Source of the DNA: Saprolegnia diclina VS20
Taxonomy: Eukaryota
Assembly: GCF_000281045.1 (NCBI RefSeq)
Contig: NW_008246112.1
Location: forward strand, 325,436-389,435
Length of the DNA stretch: 64,000 nt
Direction: 5' to 3'
Below are positions 61,667 through 64,000 of the stretch, one piece after another. Numbering within the stretch: position 1 is the first letter of the stretch; every line of letters begins with the position of its first letter. A program made the position numbers and the translations under genes. Below the pieces are notes generated by a model that made no database searches, was not told the DNA's origin, and worked only from the letters and a program-made list of their open reading frames with translations.

Positions 61667-62228
61667 ATGATGATGTCCCGCCTGACCGCTACCCCGCGCC
61701 GCGTCGTGATGCAGACCCGCGGCTTCCGCAAGGGTATGCATGCCCCTCCCTTCGGTACATGAGGCTCATGACGACGATTCCAGGCAACCCTATCAAGTTC
61801 ACCGAGAACCACCAGAACCATGGCGTCTCGGCGGTCGTCTATGGTACGTGGACGAGGTCGAGGAGGACCGTGGGCTAATGAGGGCCATCCTAGCTGATAA
61901 CTCGACGGCCATGATCAAGGCTGGCAAGGTTGCGGGCGCGGGTATCCTTGCCTTGATCCCCTTTGCCTTGGCCCTCAGCCCGTCGGCGCTCAACACGCCG
62001 GTGGACTATGCGCTCGGCGTCTTGATCCCGATCCACGCGCACGTCAGCATGAACGCGGTCCTCTCGGACTACATCCCCAAGGTGCACCAGCTCCCGTTCC
62101 GCCTCTCGGCGCTCGCGGGCTCGGCGGCCTTCTTCCTCGGCCTCATGGTCGTCAACGTCAACGGCGTCGGCATCACGGAGTCGGTCAAGACCATCTGGCG
62201 CGAAGCCCCGAAGAAGGAGTCGCACTAA
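61667..62228 (+). CDS. SDH4: Succinate dehydrogenase cytochrome b small subunit (CybS), 3 exons
   Basis: Arg-rich mitochondrial presequence; DYALGVLIPIHAHVSMNAVLSDYI; GITESVKTIW. Confidence 0.85.
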
Positions 62229-62289
62229 GCAGGACCCTTGACACCTATTAAATGTAGAACGAGTGCCAATGCTTTTTCTACGTGCAGTA

Positions 62290-62828
62290 TTATGCTTCCA
62301 CAGGCTTGGCGATAAGGACTTTGGCCTCGCCCGAAATCGCGATCTCGCCTTCCTTGTTGATGCACTGCGTCGCGCACACCACGAGGCGCATGCGCGCCTT
62401 CACCTGCGTTACCTCGATGCGGATCGTGAGCGGGTCATCCACGAAGATGGGCTTGTGGAAGCGGAGGCTTTGGCTCACGTACACGGAGCCCGGCATGGTC
62501 GCGCCAAAGACCGATGGAAAGAGGCTCGAGACGAGGATGCCATGGACGACCGGCTTGCCAAAGGGTGTCGTGGCGCAGAAGGAAGCGTCGAGATGGAGCG
62601 GGTTCGTATCGCCCGTCAAGGTCGCAAAGGCCTGCACGTCATGGGCGTGGAACGTGTGGTGGATCTCGGCGCCGACGCCGACGCCGGGCAGCGCGCCTGC
62701 CGGGACCTGCGCCCATGAGACGTCGGCGAGATGCAAGCGAGGAAGCGTACCTCGGTGAGGCGACCGACGACGTGGATGTATCGGCGGCCCGCATGGGCCC
62801 CCCGGTAGACGCGACGAGTTGCCAGCAT
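62290..62828 (-). CDS. MaoC-like hotdog (R)-hydratase / HTD2-like dehydratase, 2 exons
   Basis: DVQAFATLTGDTNPLHLD..FGKPVVHGIL..PGSVYVSQSLRFHKP; Arg-rich presequence-like N-terminus. Confidence 0.88.
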
Positions 62829-63157
62829 CTTGGGTCTCGACACTCTGGGTTGGATGCCGAAAATAAGGCGTAGCAAATGTGGCATGCACCGATAACGGAA
62901 CGCAAGCTCGCAGCACGATGCAACACCCATCCGCGGGTCTTGACTGCAAGTCCACTGCAGTGCACGCAAGACCTTTGTGAGTGCCACTGCCCTGGGTATC
63001 GTGCACTTGTGTGCTCGTGTCGTATGGTCTAGTTTCGGCATATGCCGATTTTGAAAACAGGCTGACGGCGTCATTTTACGTGCACACATTGTCATGCGAC
63101 CGATTTGAAATACAAAAACAGACAAAATATATCTCTACAAACATATACACTAGGCGA

Positions 63158-64000
63158 CTAGAGCTGATCGTCAATGTCAAATTGACCGCCCGAACTCGAA
63201 GAATGGCGCGTCAAGCGCGCGAGGATGAGCTCCACGAGCTGCGTCCGTTCCACGCTCGACAGCTCGACCTATGACATGGTATGAGCACATTGCACCAAAG
63301 ATGAATCTCGTCGTACGAGCGGCTTCTCAAAGCGCTGCAACAGCGGCGATGCGCTCGACACTTGAATGGCTTGGAGGGTCTCGGTGTCAATGTTGAAGAC
63401 GTCGACAAGGAGCCCGAGCTTGGTCGGCGTGTAGCCGATGGCGACCGAGACCGACGCGCCGCCAACGTTCTTGACGCCTTGGTACAACAGCGCCGCAGAA
63501 CTCATGGTCGTGCTCGACGGCGGCGGCGTCTTGGCCGCCACCGGCGCATACGGCTGTGTTGGTCGACGCTCGAGCTTCATCGTCGGGGCGAACGCGAGGC
63601 TGCCCGTCTTGCGCAGCGCCGCCATGCTCTGTGTGGCGTTCTGGCCCGTCTCGGTCGCCAAGTCGCTCACAAATCGCTCCTTGAGTGTCTTGCCATTGGA
63701 CGTGGTGATCGTCGTCGCGTCCTCTTCCTGCCATTTTGGGCGCGGGATGGGGCGGAAGCCCGGCATGGCGCGCTCGAGCTTGGTGTCCGTCTTGAGCGGC
63801 GCGGCGGTCGCGGGCACGAGCATGCTCTGGTTGGCGGAGGCCTGGTGCATGAGGAGGCCATGGTACGCCTCGAGCTTGGCTTGCATTTCGTTGGAAATAG
63901 CCTCGTGCTGGGACACGAGCTCCTTGAAGAAGCTGTCTTTGAGTGCGACCTCCATCGCGGTCGTCTCCTTCTCTGCGATCGCGTCGGCGAGTCGCAGCTG
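63158..64000 (-). CDS. Hypothetical protein, 3' part only (5' end beyond the window)
   Basis: Open frame from the window end with coiled-coil character; intron about 63269-63315; last exon VELSSVERTQLVELIL...DQL*. Confidence 0.6.

Overview
Gene-dense, GC-rich eukaryotic DNA with short (about 40-80 nt) GT-AG introns and INR+FPR and CCAAT promoter motifs. This points to an oomycete, and I infer Saprolegniales-like. About 28 protein-coding genes are supported. They include urocanate hydratase, COX6B (absent from the ORF track), exportin-5, two divergent Ctr copper transporters, a frameshifted ubiquitin-like/RING gene, a PTS2 peroxisomal thiolase, DnaJ, two head-to-head alpha-tubulins, an ADO/PCO dioxygenase, a Trf4-like nucleotidyltransferase, Nup155, ArfGAP-C2, an LRAT-like protein, a ZRANB2-like protein, SMG7/EST1-like, a kinase, TopoVIB-like, ARMT1/DUF89, three VC0807-like membrane paralogs, an inositol 5-phosphatase, PDI, SDH4 and a MaoC dehydratase. 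The best candidate for an undescribed system is the head-to-head Ctr pair. Both proteins carry signal peptides and tandem YHS/TRASH-like Cys ectodomains, and one adds a His-Ala tract and a fused cytosolic HMA domain. Other notable items are a perfect inverted repeat of at least 293 bp at the window start and bacterial-type membrane proteins ending in acidic dileucine motifs. All gene identities come from motif recognition by eye; no database searches were run.
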